A stretch of DNA of 64,000 bases, taken from a virus. Positions 1 through 10,435 of the stretch are shown piece after piece. A model generated the notes under the pieces. That model ran no database searches. It worked only from the letters and a program-made list of their open reading frames with translations, and was not told where the DNA came from. The stretch spans positions 83,530-147,529 of IMG/VR virus record IMGVR_UViG_3300036832_001373. One strand, given 5' to 3'. Every line of letters begins with the position of its first letter. Within the stretch, counting starts at the first letter, position 1. The position numbers were made by a program, and so were the translations under genes.

Positions 1-3000
1 TAGCTAACTGCTGCTGAATAAATTCGCTATGTTTACTTGACAAATTAAATCTTTCAGCAATACCTTCTGAAGGTTGTCTACCGGCTGTGACGCCCTCAGG
101 TAAATTAGCTCCAATATATTTAAGATATGAACCTCCTTTAACATCTGACTCTTTCATAGAGCCAAATACCATCTTCGAAGCAGGTGCGTTATAGTCTAAT
201 ACCTCACCTTTTCCTGGGTTTGGACCTGTGTCAGAATGTCGTAGAATAAATGATTGTCCAGCATTTACTCCTTCCTTCGGCGTATTAAGATAGTACCCAC
301 CTAGAGTTTCACGACCTTTTCCAGGAAAATTATGATATCCAAATGCAATTCCTGGCGTCTCAGCAGGTAAATGACTTGCCGCGGCAGTTGTTGGCTGAGT
401 TCGATCCGTATAAGACTCCCCACTAACTGGATCAGTATATGTAACAGAACTAAGTCGTTTACCTTCTGGACCGGTATAATAAATTGTAGAACGAGTTGGT
501 TCATATGTCTTACTAAGGAGCGGACTGGTACTAGGATCACCTTGATAGAAAGGACGAAATATACCACCGCCCTTAGGAGTACCAACCCCAGGTCTACTAC
601 TTGGAAGTGGGGCTACTGTAGCTCCTCCTTCTGGACGAGACTTAAGCAACTCAGGTCCTTCGTCTCCAACTAGAACAGTTTCTCCGGGAGAAACCTCTCC
701 TCCTTCTGCCAAAGCTCTTATAGAACCTTGATTAGAAGCGAACTGTGTATTACCTCGAATGTCATCGGAATGAACTGGACGATTACCAGCTTTGTGGTGA
801 CTTATATTATGATGAGCATGATGATTTCTATGATGAACTCCGTGATGTTGTCCGTGGAAGGATCTATGGTGTTGTCCATGATGTCTTCCATGGTGAGAAC
901 CATGAGCAGTAGCATGTCTTATATGGTGGCGTCCATGGCGACGTCCACGACCTTCTCCATGAGAAGGAACTTTACCTAGAGTATGTAGAGGATGCAGGTC
1001 ACTAGTTTCAGATCCATGTACATCATCTGGACGCTCTCTTGGTAGAGGTACATCCTCAGTAGGCTGACTGGCCATTGTAGTAGTAACTTCCGGTTCTGAT
1101 TTTATCGCTGATCTAGTATCACCAGGATGAGACATAAACCCAGGACCATGCCTTGCAGTCTGACCTTTTACGGCTATACTTTCGTCTACTTTTGCTGAAT
1201 AACCAGTTGCAGACTGGGCACCAGAACCTGCTGCTGAGATATCTCTAGTAGTACTAGAAGTCTCGGTTATATCAGTCGGCCTTGACCTAGGAGTCGGAAC
1301 AAGTCCACCAGGTCCGTCTCTACCAGGTCTAGCTCTAGGCAGAGGTATTCTTTCTGCTTGTGGTACATCAATAAGATCCTTAGTGTATGGAAGATTAGCT
1401 TTACGAACTTCACCCTTTAACCATTCTTTGTAGTAAGGTTCCATCTCCTCTTCTCTTGGAGCTCTTCCAAGCTTCCTACGAAGCATCTCTTGAGTTGATC
1501 CATAATCCCAACCTGGGTCTTTCCAGACTGGACGACGAAGAGTTTCAAGATCTCTCATCATTTCTGGAGAAATTTGTTGAGGACCACGACCAGTATGAGG
1601 AGTTCCTGGAGGAGAAGTGTTAGCTGGGCTAGTTGCTCTTATGTCTGGATCGTAAGTCATACTAGCTTTTTTAGCACTAGTATGTGGCTTACCAGGAGGA
1701 GAAGAAGGAGTGGCAACTTTTGGAGTTTCTCCAGCAGCTCTTCTTCTTTCTTCCTCACCTACTACATGGGCCGGATAAGGATCCTTAGAGTGAACTGGAG
1801 GTGTATCAGTAGTAGTAGTAGTAGCTGTTTCCGTGGCTGGTTTCCCTGGAGCTTTACCTACAGGATAATTTCCTTCACGATAATTCTTACCCATTGGTAT
1901 ACTTTGAGCTTGATCCCAACCATGAGGTATGACTCTTTCTCCTTGCATAGTGCCAGTAGCAGTCCTACCAGTCTGCCATCCTCCAGCTGCCATACGACCA
2001 GGACCAGCGAGATCACTATGCATAGTATCCATTACACCATAACCACCAGGCCCATGTAAGAAATACCCTCCCCATCTATGTCGAGCAGCTAATTGAGGAT
2101 TTGTTTTCTGTAGTTCTGTATGGATATCTTGATGAAATTGTTCGTACATACGATACTGACTAGGATCCTGATAGTTATTTAGCATTTTTCCATCAGGACC
2201 AATAATTCTAAAATCAGTAGCACTTCCTCCTCTGTGGGGACCTTGGTTACGTTGACCTGAATAAGCTTCTATGCGATACCCTTCTGGTAGATATGCTGAA
2301 GCTCTCCTGGCAGCTTCTACAAGTGCTCCTCTATTAGGATCACCTCCCATAGAATAATTTCCTACAGTAGAAAGTCTTTCCTTTCCGGCTACTCCTCCGG
2401 CTACTCCTCCACCTCCACCACCAGTTCCTTGAGGAATTTCTACATGAGGAGAATATGGACCGTAGCCAGTAACTGTTCCTCCTCCTGAAGGTTTATAACC
2501 TGTAGCTGCTTTGCCAGCTTCACCTAAATGTTTAATAGTTTCATCAGGTCTTCTTATAGAACCAAAGATATCTCCCATTGCGGCGATACCTTTTCCTGAT
2601 CCTCCTCTCCAATGAGTTCCTGGTCCTCTTACACGATCTTCTGCGTATTTTACAAAAGCAGTAGAAGCAACATCAGGATCGTAAGCATTTCCTCCTCCCC
2701 ATTTCTTAGCTTGACCTTGATCAAATTGATATAATCCAAATGATGTGGCGTCAGCACCCCTACCATGAGGCCCAAGCTTTGCGTTTAGATTAGACTCTTG
2801 AATCGCATTTGCAACACCAAATCTAGCCCATTCATCAGCAGAACCAGTTTTTATACCGTATTTAGCTCCATCTGGAGGTATGTATCCAATCAATTTAGAG
2901 TTACTAAATTTCTGGTATAGATTTGCATATAATTCTTTTGCATCAACATGACCCGACTTATCAGCAACTAGCTTTCCAACTGGACCTCCAGAGGTTTGAG

Positions 3001-4465
3001 CTGGACCTCTAGGCATATCTCCTTCTGGAACTTGAGACCCAGGTTGGAAATGCCCTCCTGGTTTTACACCTAGAGCTTCACCTAATGTTCTGAGAGGTTT
3101 GTTTACATCACCAGTAACGTCAGACCCTTGGACTTGATCAGCTGGAGTGGTATCAGTTCCACCAGGAGTATCACTACCTCCAGGCCCACTGCCTCCAGGT
3201 CCACCACCTCCTCGTCTACCACGTCCACCAAGTCCAGGAAGTCCTCCCATACCACCTCCAGGAAGACCTCCTCCACCCCCTCCACCTCCACCTCCACCAC
3301 CACCGCCAGCTCCTCCACCTAAAGACTGGCCAGGAGGTGTGTAGGCTGCTAGTTGTACTCTTCCTCCTTGATCTCGATTTAACAATTCCATTAGAAGTGC
3401 ATTTAATTGACTAGATTCCTGACCTCTACTTCCTCTAAGGCTTTGGACTTCCGCAGCTAATGCTGCTAAACCTTGTTGGTTAGCTGTAGGACTATTACCA
3501 CCATTTCCAAGTGGAACAATAGCTTCCGGACCTGCCTCACCTACCATCGCCAGGGTAGGTCCCGTGACGATACCCCCTTGTTGGAAAGCTCGAAAAGGGA
3601 CTTGACTACCGCCACGACGTAATGGCCGAAGAGTTCTATATGCAGATTCATTAGAAGGAGGAAGTCCGGGAGGAGTTGATGGAGGAGGTGATTGAGGAGT
3701 CTTTGACGGTGGTTGGTTAAATATATTAGGGTTAAATTCAGGCATCCCTTGTTTAAATTGATTCCACCAACTAAAGTTTTCTGGCACTGGCATCTTAGCC
3801 AATTCATTAGCACGTCTTTGAAAATCCCACGCAGCAAAAGCTACAGCAAAGCCACCAAATAGAGCTTTTCCCATAATAGCAGCTTCGGCTAAAATTGATT
3901 TTGTAAAAGCTCCTCCGATAGCACCTCCGATAGCACTACCAATAGTACTCTCAGCTATGCTACCAGCAACTGACGTTCCAATTGACCCTAAAAGTCTAGA
4001 AGTTAGTGAAGCTACTATACCTTTTGAGTTGTCAGGATCCAAGAAGCCTCTAATTTTACGGAGATCGTCTGGAGTCTTACTTAAACCCTTAAGAGCATCA
4101 AAGCCGTGTTTTAATGTAACTCCCATTTGCCTCATTTCACTAAAGTTTTCTTGAAAACCTTTTACTAAAATCCCTAATGTAGGATTAATTGCTCCTACGA
4201 CATTCCCTACTGGGCGTCCAAATCCTTGGCCATAACCTGCCTGTTCCACGAAACTTCTAGCAAAGGGATTTCTCCTACCACCTCCTGGTGAACCACGACC
4301 TAAGTTATCTTCTAAGGTTTGGTCTAGACGTTCAAAGTTTCTATTTAGTTTTCTAAGTTCATCTCTTAAACTAGAGATGGTGTCATCATATGATGGACCT
4401 TCTGGTCCACCTCCAGGTGGAGATGGCTGACCACCTGAAAGTGTAGACTTATTAGCTTGAGCCAT
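1..4465 (-). CDS. Tape-measure-like / tail-associated lysin protein (partial, 3' end beyond window)
   Basis: ATG at 4465 (MAQANKSTLSGGQ...). The same frame is open at every place spot-checked down to base 2; it is absent from the ORF track, consistent with no stop in the window. Contains the tape-measure motif FQQGGIVTGPTLAMVGEAGPEAIVPL, a lysozyme-like segment (QESNLN...GLYQF), an M15-like HRGGSATD motif and a DPBB-like segment. Lies downstream of the tube and chaperone genes. Confidence 0.75.
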   Translation of the reverse strand, partial: MAQANKSTLSGGQPSPPGGGPEGPSYDDTISSLRDELRKLNRNFERLDQTLEDNLGRGSPGGGRRNPFARSFVEQAGYGQGFGRPVGNVVGAINPTLGILVKGFQENFSEMRQMGVTLKHGFDALKGLSKTPDDLRKIRGFLDPDNSKGIVASLTSRLLGSIGTSVAGSIAESTIGSAIGGAIGGAFTKSILAEAAIMGKALFGGFAVAFAAWDFQRRANELAKMPVPENFSWWNQFKQGMPEFNPNIFNQPPSKTPQSPPPSTPPGLPPSNESAYRTLRPLRRGGSQVPFRAFQQGGIVTGPTLAMVGEAGPEAIVPLGNGGNSPTANQQGLAALAAEVQSLRGSRGQESSQLNALLMELLNRDQGGRVQLAAYTPPGQSLGGGAGGGGGGGGGGGGGGLPGGGMGGLPGLGGRGRRGGGGPGGSGPGGSDTPGGTDTTPADQVQGSDVTGDVNKPLRTLGEALGVKPGGHFQPGSQVPEGDMPRGPAQTSGGPVGKLVADKSGHVDAKELYANLYQKFSNSKLIGYIPPDGAKYGIKTGSADEWARFGVANAIQESNLNAKLGPHGRGADATSFGLYQFDQGQAKKWGGGNAYDPDVASTAFVKYAEDRVRGPGTHWRGGSGKGIAAMGDIFGSIRRPDETIKHLGEAGKAATGYKPSGGGTVTGYGPYSPHVEIPQGTGGGGGGVAGGVAGKERLSTVGNYSMGGDPNRGALVEAARRASAYLPEGYRIEAYSGQRNQGPHRGGSATDFRIIGPDGKMLNNYQDPSQYRMYEQFHQDIHTELQKTNPQLAARHRWGGYFLHGPGGYGVMDTMHSDLAGPGRMAAGGWQTGRTATGTMQGERVIPHGWDQAQSIPMGKNYREGNYPVGKAPGKPATETATTTTTDTPPVHSKDPYPAHVVGEEERRRAAGETPKVATPSSPPGKPHTSAKKASMTYDPDIRATSPANTSPPGTPHTGRGPQQISPEMMRDLETLRRPVWKDPGWDYGSTQEMLRRKLGRAPREEEMEPYYKEWLKGEVRKANLPYTKDLIDVPQAERIPLPRARPGRDGPGGLVPTPRSRPTDITETSSTTRDISAAGSGAQSATGYSAKVDESIAVKGQTARHGPGFMSHPGDTRSAIKSEPEVTTTMASQPTEDVPLPRERPDDVHGSETSDLHPLHTLGKVPSHGEGRGRRHGRHHIRHATAHGSHHGRHHGQHHRSFHGQHHGVHHRNHHAHHNISHHKAGNRPVHSDDIRGNTQFASNQGSIRALAEGGEVSPGETVLVGDEGPELLKSRPEGGATVAPLPSSRPGVGTPKGGGIFRPFYQGDPSTSPLLSKTYEPTRSTIYYTGPEGKRLSSVTYTDPVSGESYTDRTQPTTAAASHLPAETPGIAFGYHNFPGKGRETLGGYYLNTPKEGVNAGQSFILRHSDTGPNPGKGEVLDYNAPASKMVFGSMKESDVKGGSYLKYIGANLPEGVTAGRQPSEGIAERFNLSSKHSEFIQQQLA

Positions 4466-4475
4466 GACTTACTCT

Positions 4476-5513
4476 CTAGCCTCGCTTTACTATAGAATCG
4501 AAGCGCGCAGGTCCAGGACCAACATCTAACTCCACCTGTGCCTCGTGGCGAACCTCTTCAAGAATTCTATTTGCTAGCTTATCAGACTGCTCTTTAGTTA
4601 TAATTGGAGTTACTGTCTTGCTCTCGCCATTAGAGTTTGCTCCTCTAGCTGAGCCTTCGCTTTGGATAGGTTGTCTAGTTCTGCTTGGTGGCGTCTCTGG
4701 AACCAGATTAGGTGTGGAAACGACTGGTTCTGCTGTTCGCTTAGCTGCATGCTTAAGTGATTTAGTAGAAAGTATTCTAGTTCTAATATCTGCGAAGTCG
4801 GAATCAGTGGGAAAAAATTCCAGTACTGAAAACCGAAAGGATACTGTTCGGGGTTCTCCACACTTAGAGCATTTACACTCCATAGTATTATCAGGACCGT
4901 ATCTAAACAGTCTCTTAAATCCTTCGATAACAAAAACGTCTTCTGGAGAAAATACGTTATTGATTAATTCCCATTTTTCTAGTGGCGTATGGCCATTATC
5001 GAATTCCATCATGCATAGCAGTTCCGCCTTGCGGAAGTGGCCTTCGTTGGGATTGTCGATTGAGAGCATCTTGACCTGGTTGGCTGCGCTAACGTCATCA
5101 ACTTCTTTAGGAAGCCTAAAGATCATCTGATGACCGCAGGGTAGGTCAAGGCCAACTCCGTCTAGGGGATAGTCGTCTGCGACTGACGGAGATACAATTT
5201 TTGTGAGATCTAATTTACTTGAGTTTTGAGACTGGCAGGTAGGGCACTGCCAAGGAAGATTATATGGAAAATGAGAGTAGGAATTTACTCTCTGCCAGTA
5301 AACTATGAAAAGAAAATCTGGCTCGTAGAGTTCTTCTACCTTTATTCCTTTTAACGTATTCTCTATTAAAGTCCGTAAAGCAGGAATAGATCCAGTACGT
5401 CTTATGATATAGTAATTCTCTACTTCGGAAGGACCAAATTGACGTATTGATACTTCTTTTTGATAGAGACGTGCTCCAGGTAGAGTAAGTGGATGATACT
5501 GCATCCCAGCCAT
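4476..5513 (-). CDS. Baseplate hub assembly / tail assembly chaperone (T4 gp26-like)
   Basis: Two CxxC pairs (CPTC, CSKC) and a C-terminal F-x-FSVLEFFP segment; lies between tube and tape-measure genes. Confidence 0.55.
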   Translation of the reverse strand: MAGMQYHPLTLPGARLYQKEVSIRQFGPSEVENYYIIRRTGSIPALRTLIENTLKGIKVEELYEPDFLFIVYWQRVNSYSHFPYNLPWQCPTCQSQNSSKLDLTKIVSPSVADDYPLDGVGLDLPCGHQMIFRLPKEVDDVSAANQVKMLSIDNPNEGHFRKAELLCMMEFDNGHTPLEKWELINNVFSPEDVFVIEGFKRLFRYGPDNTMECKCSKCGEPRTVSFRFSVLEFFPTDSDFADIRTRILSTKSLKHAAKRTAEPVVSTPNLVPETPPSRTRQPIQSEGSARGANSNGESKTVTPIITKEQSDKLANRILEEVRHEAQVELDVGPGPARFDSIVKRG

Positions 5514-5557
5514 AGTCTTTTCCTTTCAGTGTTACAGCACATTCTTAGACCACTAGT

Positions 5558-6307
5558 TTAAAGGGACAGTTGTTGAACTGAACCAAGAGAAGTTGATCCG
5601 CTTGGAGAAGTAACTAAATTAGGACCAACTCTTCCTTCAGTCAAGGATAGACGACCTACTGAGAAAGCCTGAGAGATTCTACTTCTACCAGGACTTTCGT
5701 AATCTAAGTGAAGAGTTCCAGTAGTAGTTGGAAAACAGTACTTATACCAAAATGTATAAACCATATTGCTTTGCATATCTTGAATATAAACATAAATAGA
5801 TTGCCAATAATTTATTGGGTACATATAAGTTCCATCATCTATTCCAGTAGATGGAGTATAAGGTCTAATTAATCTCTTCCAAGCTTGAACATATTCTAGA
5901 GGGGTACAAGCAACTATATTTCCACTATCGTCTGTATATGCGTCATTATATAGTTCCATAAGTAATTCTGATGTGTCAAAAAAGTCTGCTACAAACATAT
6001 GTCTTCCACCAATTGGGTGAGGCTCAGCTTGAGTATTATCAAAACTAAGAGTTACAGCTTGAACTATAGGTCTCTTGACCGTTACTCCTTGAGTGCTTGC
6101 AATTGGAGGAAGAATAACGTCGAATTTAAATATTCTATGAGGTTCAGGTATTGCTTCAGCATGATAGGTACCAATAGTTATTTGACCATTGGTACCTAGA
6201 GTACCAGTAAAATTACCAGCTTGAGGGGATAACAGTATAGGACTAGAAACTGGTAACGTTACATCAGTTGCAGTTACACTAGGTAGAATTGGAACTGGAA
6301 TGGGCAT
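5558..6307 (-). CDS. Tail tube-like protein (second paralog; baseplate-tube junction, gp48/gp54-like)
   Basis: Tube-fold pattern (F-x-V-x-LP ... Y-x-W ... Y-x-F-x-YCFPT ... LDY); adjacent to the tube gene. Confidence 0.55.
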   Translation of the reverse strand: MPIPVPILPSVTATDVTLPVSSPILLSPQAGNFTGTLGTNGQITIGTYHAEAIPEPHRIFKFDVILPPIASTQGVTVKRPIVQAVTLSFDNTQAEPHPIGGRHMFVADFFDTSELLMELYNDAYTDDSGNIVACTPLEYVQAWKRLIRPYTPSTGIDDGTYMYPINYWQSIYVYIQDMQSNMVYTFWYKYCFPTTTGTLHLDYESPGRSRISQAFSVGRLSLTEGRVGPNLVTSPSGSTSLGSVQQLSL

Positions 6308-6311
6308 GGGA

Positions 6312-6860
6312 TTAAATGTTAATTGTTCCTACATCAGAGATTTTATCTATATCAGTGTAGTCGAAACTCCAGGTAATGCTTGGAGCAACAGCACGGCTTT
6401 CAGCCATTGACAGAGCAATTGCTGGATTTCCGATTGGGAAGACTCCGTAGAGAGTAGTTTTGATAGTCTTGGTTCCTGGATTATCATATTGTTGAATAGC
6501 TGCGGTGGACGAGATATCCTTTTTATTACCTCCTTTTCCTGTTATCCAGTTATAACATAGTTTCATCCAGGAAGCTATTGCAACTTGGATGTCTCCATCT
6601 ACACCTTCTACTAGTGTGGTAGTCCAAGTATGGTGGAACCTAGCTCTACCAGAGTACTCAAGAGTAAATCCAGCTAGGTCAACTGGTACCTGGTCTATAC
6701 CTATTCCTGGAATCTCCGTAGCAGTACAACGGAGACTCATGATCTGCGTCATCTGACCACCAATAGCTGCTCCTTTAGGAGTGATGGTCATCTGAAATTG
6801 ATACCCTTTAAAGGGATCAACTAGAGCTTCTATGTCCTCAACTCTGGTGTCACCAGCCAC
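6312..6860 (-). CDS. Tail tube protein (T4 gp19-like)
   Basis: 182 aa, GTG start, directly after the sheath; motifs WTTTLVEG, LYGVFP, ITWSFDY. Confidence 0.8.
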   Translation of the reverse strand: MAGDTRVEDIEALVDPFKGYQFQMTITPKGAAIGGQMTQIMSLRCTATEIPGIGIDQVPVDLAGFTLEYSGRARFHHTWTTTLVEGVDGDIQVAIASWMKLCYNWITGKGGNKKDISSTAAIQQYDNPGTKTIKTTLYGVFPIGNPAIALSMAESRAVAPSITWSFDYTDIDKISDVGTINI

Positions 6861-6913
6861 GTTCGTACTCCTCTATTAAGTTAGATGTCTTCTTGAACTT
6901 AGAAGTTCAGGAT

Positions 6914-9602
6914 TTAACCAGTCGTAGCTCCGAGTAGATTGAACCCAGCCAACGCCTGAATCACGGAGAAATTAACTCCTGTGGCTGTGATAATATTCTG
7001 CAGCTGAATAAATTCAGCCGCTTTCTCTGGTTGTAGATAAATATCAACGTTTAGTTGGTTCATATCTATAACTTGTGGAGGATTGTTGGTCTCATCGCAA
7101 ACCGTCTTATAGGCATAGAGACCATTCTGAGCCTGAACAAGAGATAGATATTGGTTTAGAGCGTTTGTTATATCTAGACGAGTATATTGGTTGTTTAGTT
7201 CGAATAGCTTGAACTTCAAGAACTGTTTTGCAGCACGTTCAATCGTTATGATACAACGACGAACGTTGATTCTATCAAGGGCAGATGGCTTGGACTGTTG
7301 AGTCTTTTGACCAAAGACTACAATACCATCTCCAGGAGAGAAGATAAGAGGATTGATATTCACAGGATTTTGATAGAGAGCCTCTATATCTCCGATTGCA
7401 TCGTAACGAACCGTGACATCTACTGGAGGCAGAGTTTGTGATCTTATAACGCCACGATTATAACCAGCAGGAGCATACCAAGGATATGCCTGGTTATCAG
7501 TTCTAGCCATCACCTGAGCAATAAATCCAGACGGAGGAATTGGCATACCAGCTATATCATTATAGCTATCGTATACCTTAACCCAAGGTGAGTAGAGAGC
7601 ACAGAAGCTAGACTCGATATTCTGATAGTTTAGCCTCCAGTCAGAAGCCATAGTGATAGGAGTTATCTCAACTTTGTTGTAGGGTATGTCGAAGACAGCG
7701 AAACAGTCTCGACGTCTCTCAACAAGAGCTTGCATAGATTCTTGGACAGACCAGTCGATATCAGAGACGTATCCACCGTTGATAAGTATATTCATATCAA
7801 CGTATGCAGCATTTCCATACAACTGCCAACCCTGGATAATGTCTCCAGAAGTAACAGGCTGACCATCACTACCCATAGTTAGAGGAACTTTGGTTGTGGT
7901 AAATGCTGGCATCACATTCTGATCTAGATCAACGTTATCGAATACTCTAATAAAGTTAGAGTATCCGTTGATCGCAGTCTCTAGATACATGTTATTTCCA
8001 TAACCATCTTTCTTATTCTTAATTCTGGAGACATCCCAGACTTCTCTGGTAATGTCAATCCCATTTTGATTTTCATATACAACTAGTTGGAACCCTTCCG
8101 GATCCCAGAGAGTCTGGATTATTGATATCTTGAGATTGTTAGCCCAGACACCTGGATTTTCAGCATAGATCATAAAGGCGGTATTACCGGAGTCTGAGCC
8201 GATAAAGTTAGCCGAAATTGTTATTCCAGTTCCTGGAGCATTGACGAATGTGATCTCCAAAGCTCCATCATCAGCTACTAGAGTACCTGTCTGAATTCCT
8301 TGACCAGAGACGTTACCTAAACTATCTACCGTAACTGGGATCGTAGTGGTTCCAACTGCGATCGATAGAAGTTGAACGATAGGTGCTGGAGCTAGAGTAG
8401 CAGCAAACGTTGGAGTTAAGTTATCACCAGTACCAATTTCCTGGTTGACTGAAACTGGGAAGTACTCTGGAGTTTCAGTCGGAACTCCCTGAGCGATTGG
8501 AGTAGACGGATTAGCTGACGTGAAGGTAGCAGCAATCTGAGCTCCACTTGCAGGAGGAGTATCGAAAGTAACGTGAATAACACCAGACACGTAGTCGATA
8601 TCACCAGAGGTAATGCCAGTTCCAACGATAGAACCACCTCCGTCTGCTGTAGTATATCTGGCCGTGATAACGTTATTTAGAGCAGGAGCAGCAGAGAAAG
8701 TAACTGTTAGTGCCCCAGTAACTTTATTTATAGTACCAGAAACTAGTCCAACACCAGTAACGTTACCTAGACTATCAACCGTACAATCTATCTGAGTAGC
8801 TCCATTCATAATAGTTAACAAAGTTCCTATAGGAGCAGGAGCCAAATGAGAAGTAAAAGTAGTTGTAGTACCATCGCCAGTACCTATCTGGCTCTGATTG
8901 TAAACAGATACGTCGATCTGAGTAGCACCTACGTGAATTGCATTTAGAGATTGGAGAGGTACTGGACCTAAGATACCTGCAAAGATTCTAAAACTTGCAT
9001 TACCAACTGCGAATACTTGAGTTACGATTTGAGATATACCTGTTTTATTTATGATGACACCAGCATATGCGCCATTGACACACACTCTAGTGAAGTATAA
9101 CTGAGTCATCTCTTCTAGAGCACACAAACCACAGTACATAGCGTAACCGTAGTTTACATTAGGTGCTCCATTGATAGTTACTAACGCTTGAGTATTAGTA
9201 AATAATACTCTTTTGTTGACTGGTCCTCTCGCAGCTTGACCTACGATAGCTCCTACCGAGGTAGCTTGATTTTGGACTATTGCTGATAGATCTACGTCTC
9301 GTGCGTATACCGTTTATGTTCGCTAGAGTTCGCTACTCTCTAACCGTTCCTTTGAGGAACCGCTCATGGTTACCCATGAGACCAGACTATATCATCAACC
9401 ACTAGGGTTGTGTGGTGCTTCGGACCGCTTGGCCCTACTCCCTTACGGGATAGTCGTTGAACCTTCCTACCAAAGATGGTAGGCTCGGCTTCGGATTGTC
9501 CTGACTCGCTTATCCAGGAGTTCCCCGAAATTCTCCACATTGTCATTAGCGAATTGCTTCGCTACGGGGCTAATAGTAACCCGGGGCGGTATAGACGGCC
9601 AT
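6914..9602 (-). CDS. Tail sheath protein (T4 gp18-like), spliced: exon1 9579-9602, exon2 6914-9310, 806 aa
   Basis: C-terminal sheath motifs PWYAPAGYNRG, FGQKT, DRINVRR, CDETNN, P-x-KAAEFI. Splicing gives the canonical sheath N-terminus MAVYTAPG|VYARDVDLS. Strong RBS AAGGAGG before the ATG at 9602. Confidence 0.9.
9311..9578 (-). mobile_element. Group I self-splicing intron (268 nt, no internal ORF) in tail sheath gene
   Basis: 5' exon ends GGGU, pairing with intron GCCC (U.G at the splice site). R element GUUCAACGACUA and S element GAUAUAGUCU (P7) present. Terminal G at 9311. Intron 5' UAC complements exon2 GUA (P10). Removal restores the frame. Confidence 0.9.
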
Positions 9603-9627
9603 TTTGGCCTCCTTCTAAGCAACGTAG

Positions 9628-10371
9628 CTACCTTTCTCTGTAAGGCCAAGTTTCTTCTGTCCAAACAGAAAAAGGAATCTTATTGTCTAGTGACCACTTA
9701 GTAGCCTCTAGAAGCTTTAGTTTTACTGTTAAGTCTAACAACTTTCTTTTTGGCTTAATCTCAATAAGTTCTCTAGAGTCGTCAATATATTCAACTAATA
9801 TATCTGGAATGTAGTGTTTTTCAACTCCTTCTAAAGAGTACGGAATTCTAAAAGGATTTATTTTAAATGTTCTCACGTTTTCATCATTATCTAAGTGTGC
9901 AAAAGCACGTAACTCCCAGGACGATTGATAATATATACGACCAGTCTTCTTAGAAAAATACCATCCTTTTATCTTGGATGTCTTACCTCCTCTAATAAGA
10001 GCACCTACTGTACGATTCCAGTACTCCGGATCTTTTCTTAACTCTTCTTTTGTAGCATTTCTTCTCTCAATTGAATGAGGAAGATTGAATCCACCTCTGG
10101 AATTTCCTTTTAACGACTCTGAAATCTTACCATCTTTATTACACTGAGAAGCTACGTAACTTTGTCTACAATTGTAACATCTTCCACCCTTAAATCGATA
10201 AGTTAGTCCATAAAAAGTCAAGTCTTTACCGCAGCCTATACATTTATCTTCGTTTGTAAACATCATATGTTTTCTAAAATAATTCTCAACTGAGAAATGA
10301 CGTTGAACTATATGTAGTCCTAAAGACTTCCAACTTTTGAAGTCTTTAGGACATTCTTTACAAGAGATCAT
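9628..10371 (-). CDS. TnsA-like PD-(D/E)xK endonuclease with N-terminal Zn-finger (free-standing homing endonuclease or T4 gp4-like nuclease)
   Basis: YQSSWE...IPY...HYIPDILVEY...IEIKP; N-terminal CxxC/H and CxxC...CxxC motifs. Confidence 0.75.
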   Translation of the reverse strand: MISCKECPKDFKSWKSLGLHIVQRHFSVENYFRKHMMFTNEDKCIGCGKDLTFYGLTYRFKGGRCYNCRQSYVASQCNKDGKISESLKGNSRGGFNLPHSIERRNATKEELRKDPEYWNRTVGALIRGGKTSKIKGWYFSKKTGRIYYQSSWELRAFAHLDNDENVRTFKINPFRIPYSLEGVEKHYIPDILVEYIDDSRELIEIKPKRKLLDLTVKLKLLEATKWSLDNKIPFSVWTEETWPYRER

Positions 10372-10401
10372 TGTCCTATCCTCTCTTACAGTTAACTAAC
10401 T

Positions 10402-10429
10402 GTAAACGTTTGAGAAGATAGTTTCCCTA
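10402..10429 (-). promoter_or_regulatory. Phage promoter-like motif, copy 1 (TAGGGAAACTA-N7-AAACGTTTAC)
   Basis: Matches five other copies with identical spacing; about 30 nt upstream of the 10371 start. Confidence 0.7.
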
Positions 10430-10435
10430 GGTTAA

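Noticed and set aside
371-4154. Short ORFs on both strands in the first 4.2 kb
   Set aside because: Shadows or alternative frames of the large minus-strand ORF starting at 4465.
9467-9664. 65-aa minus-strand ORF
   Set aside because: Overlaps sheath exon 1 out of frame and the intron core; no recognisable protein features.
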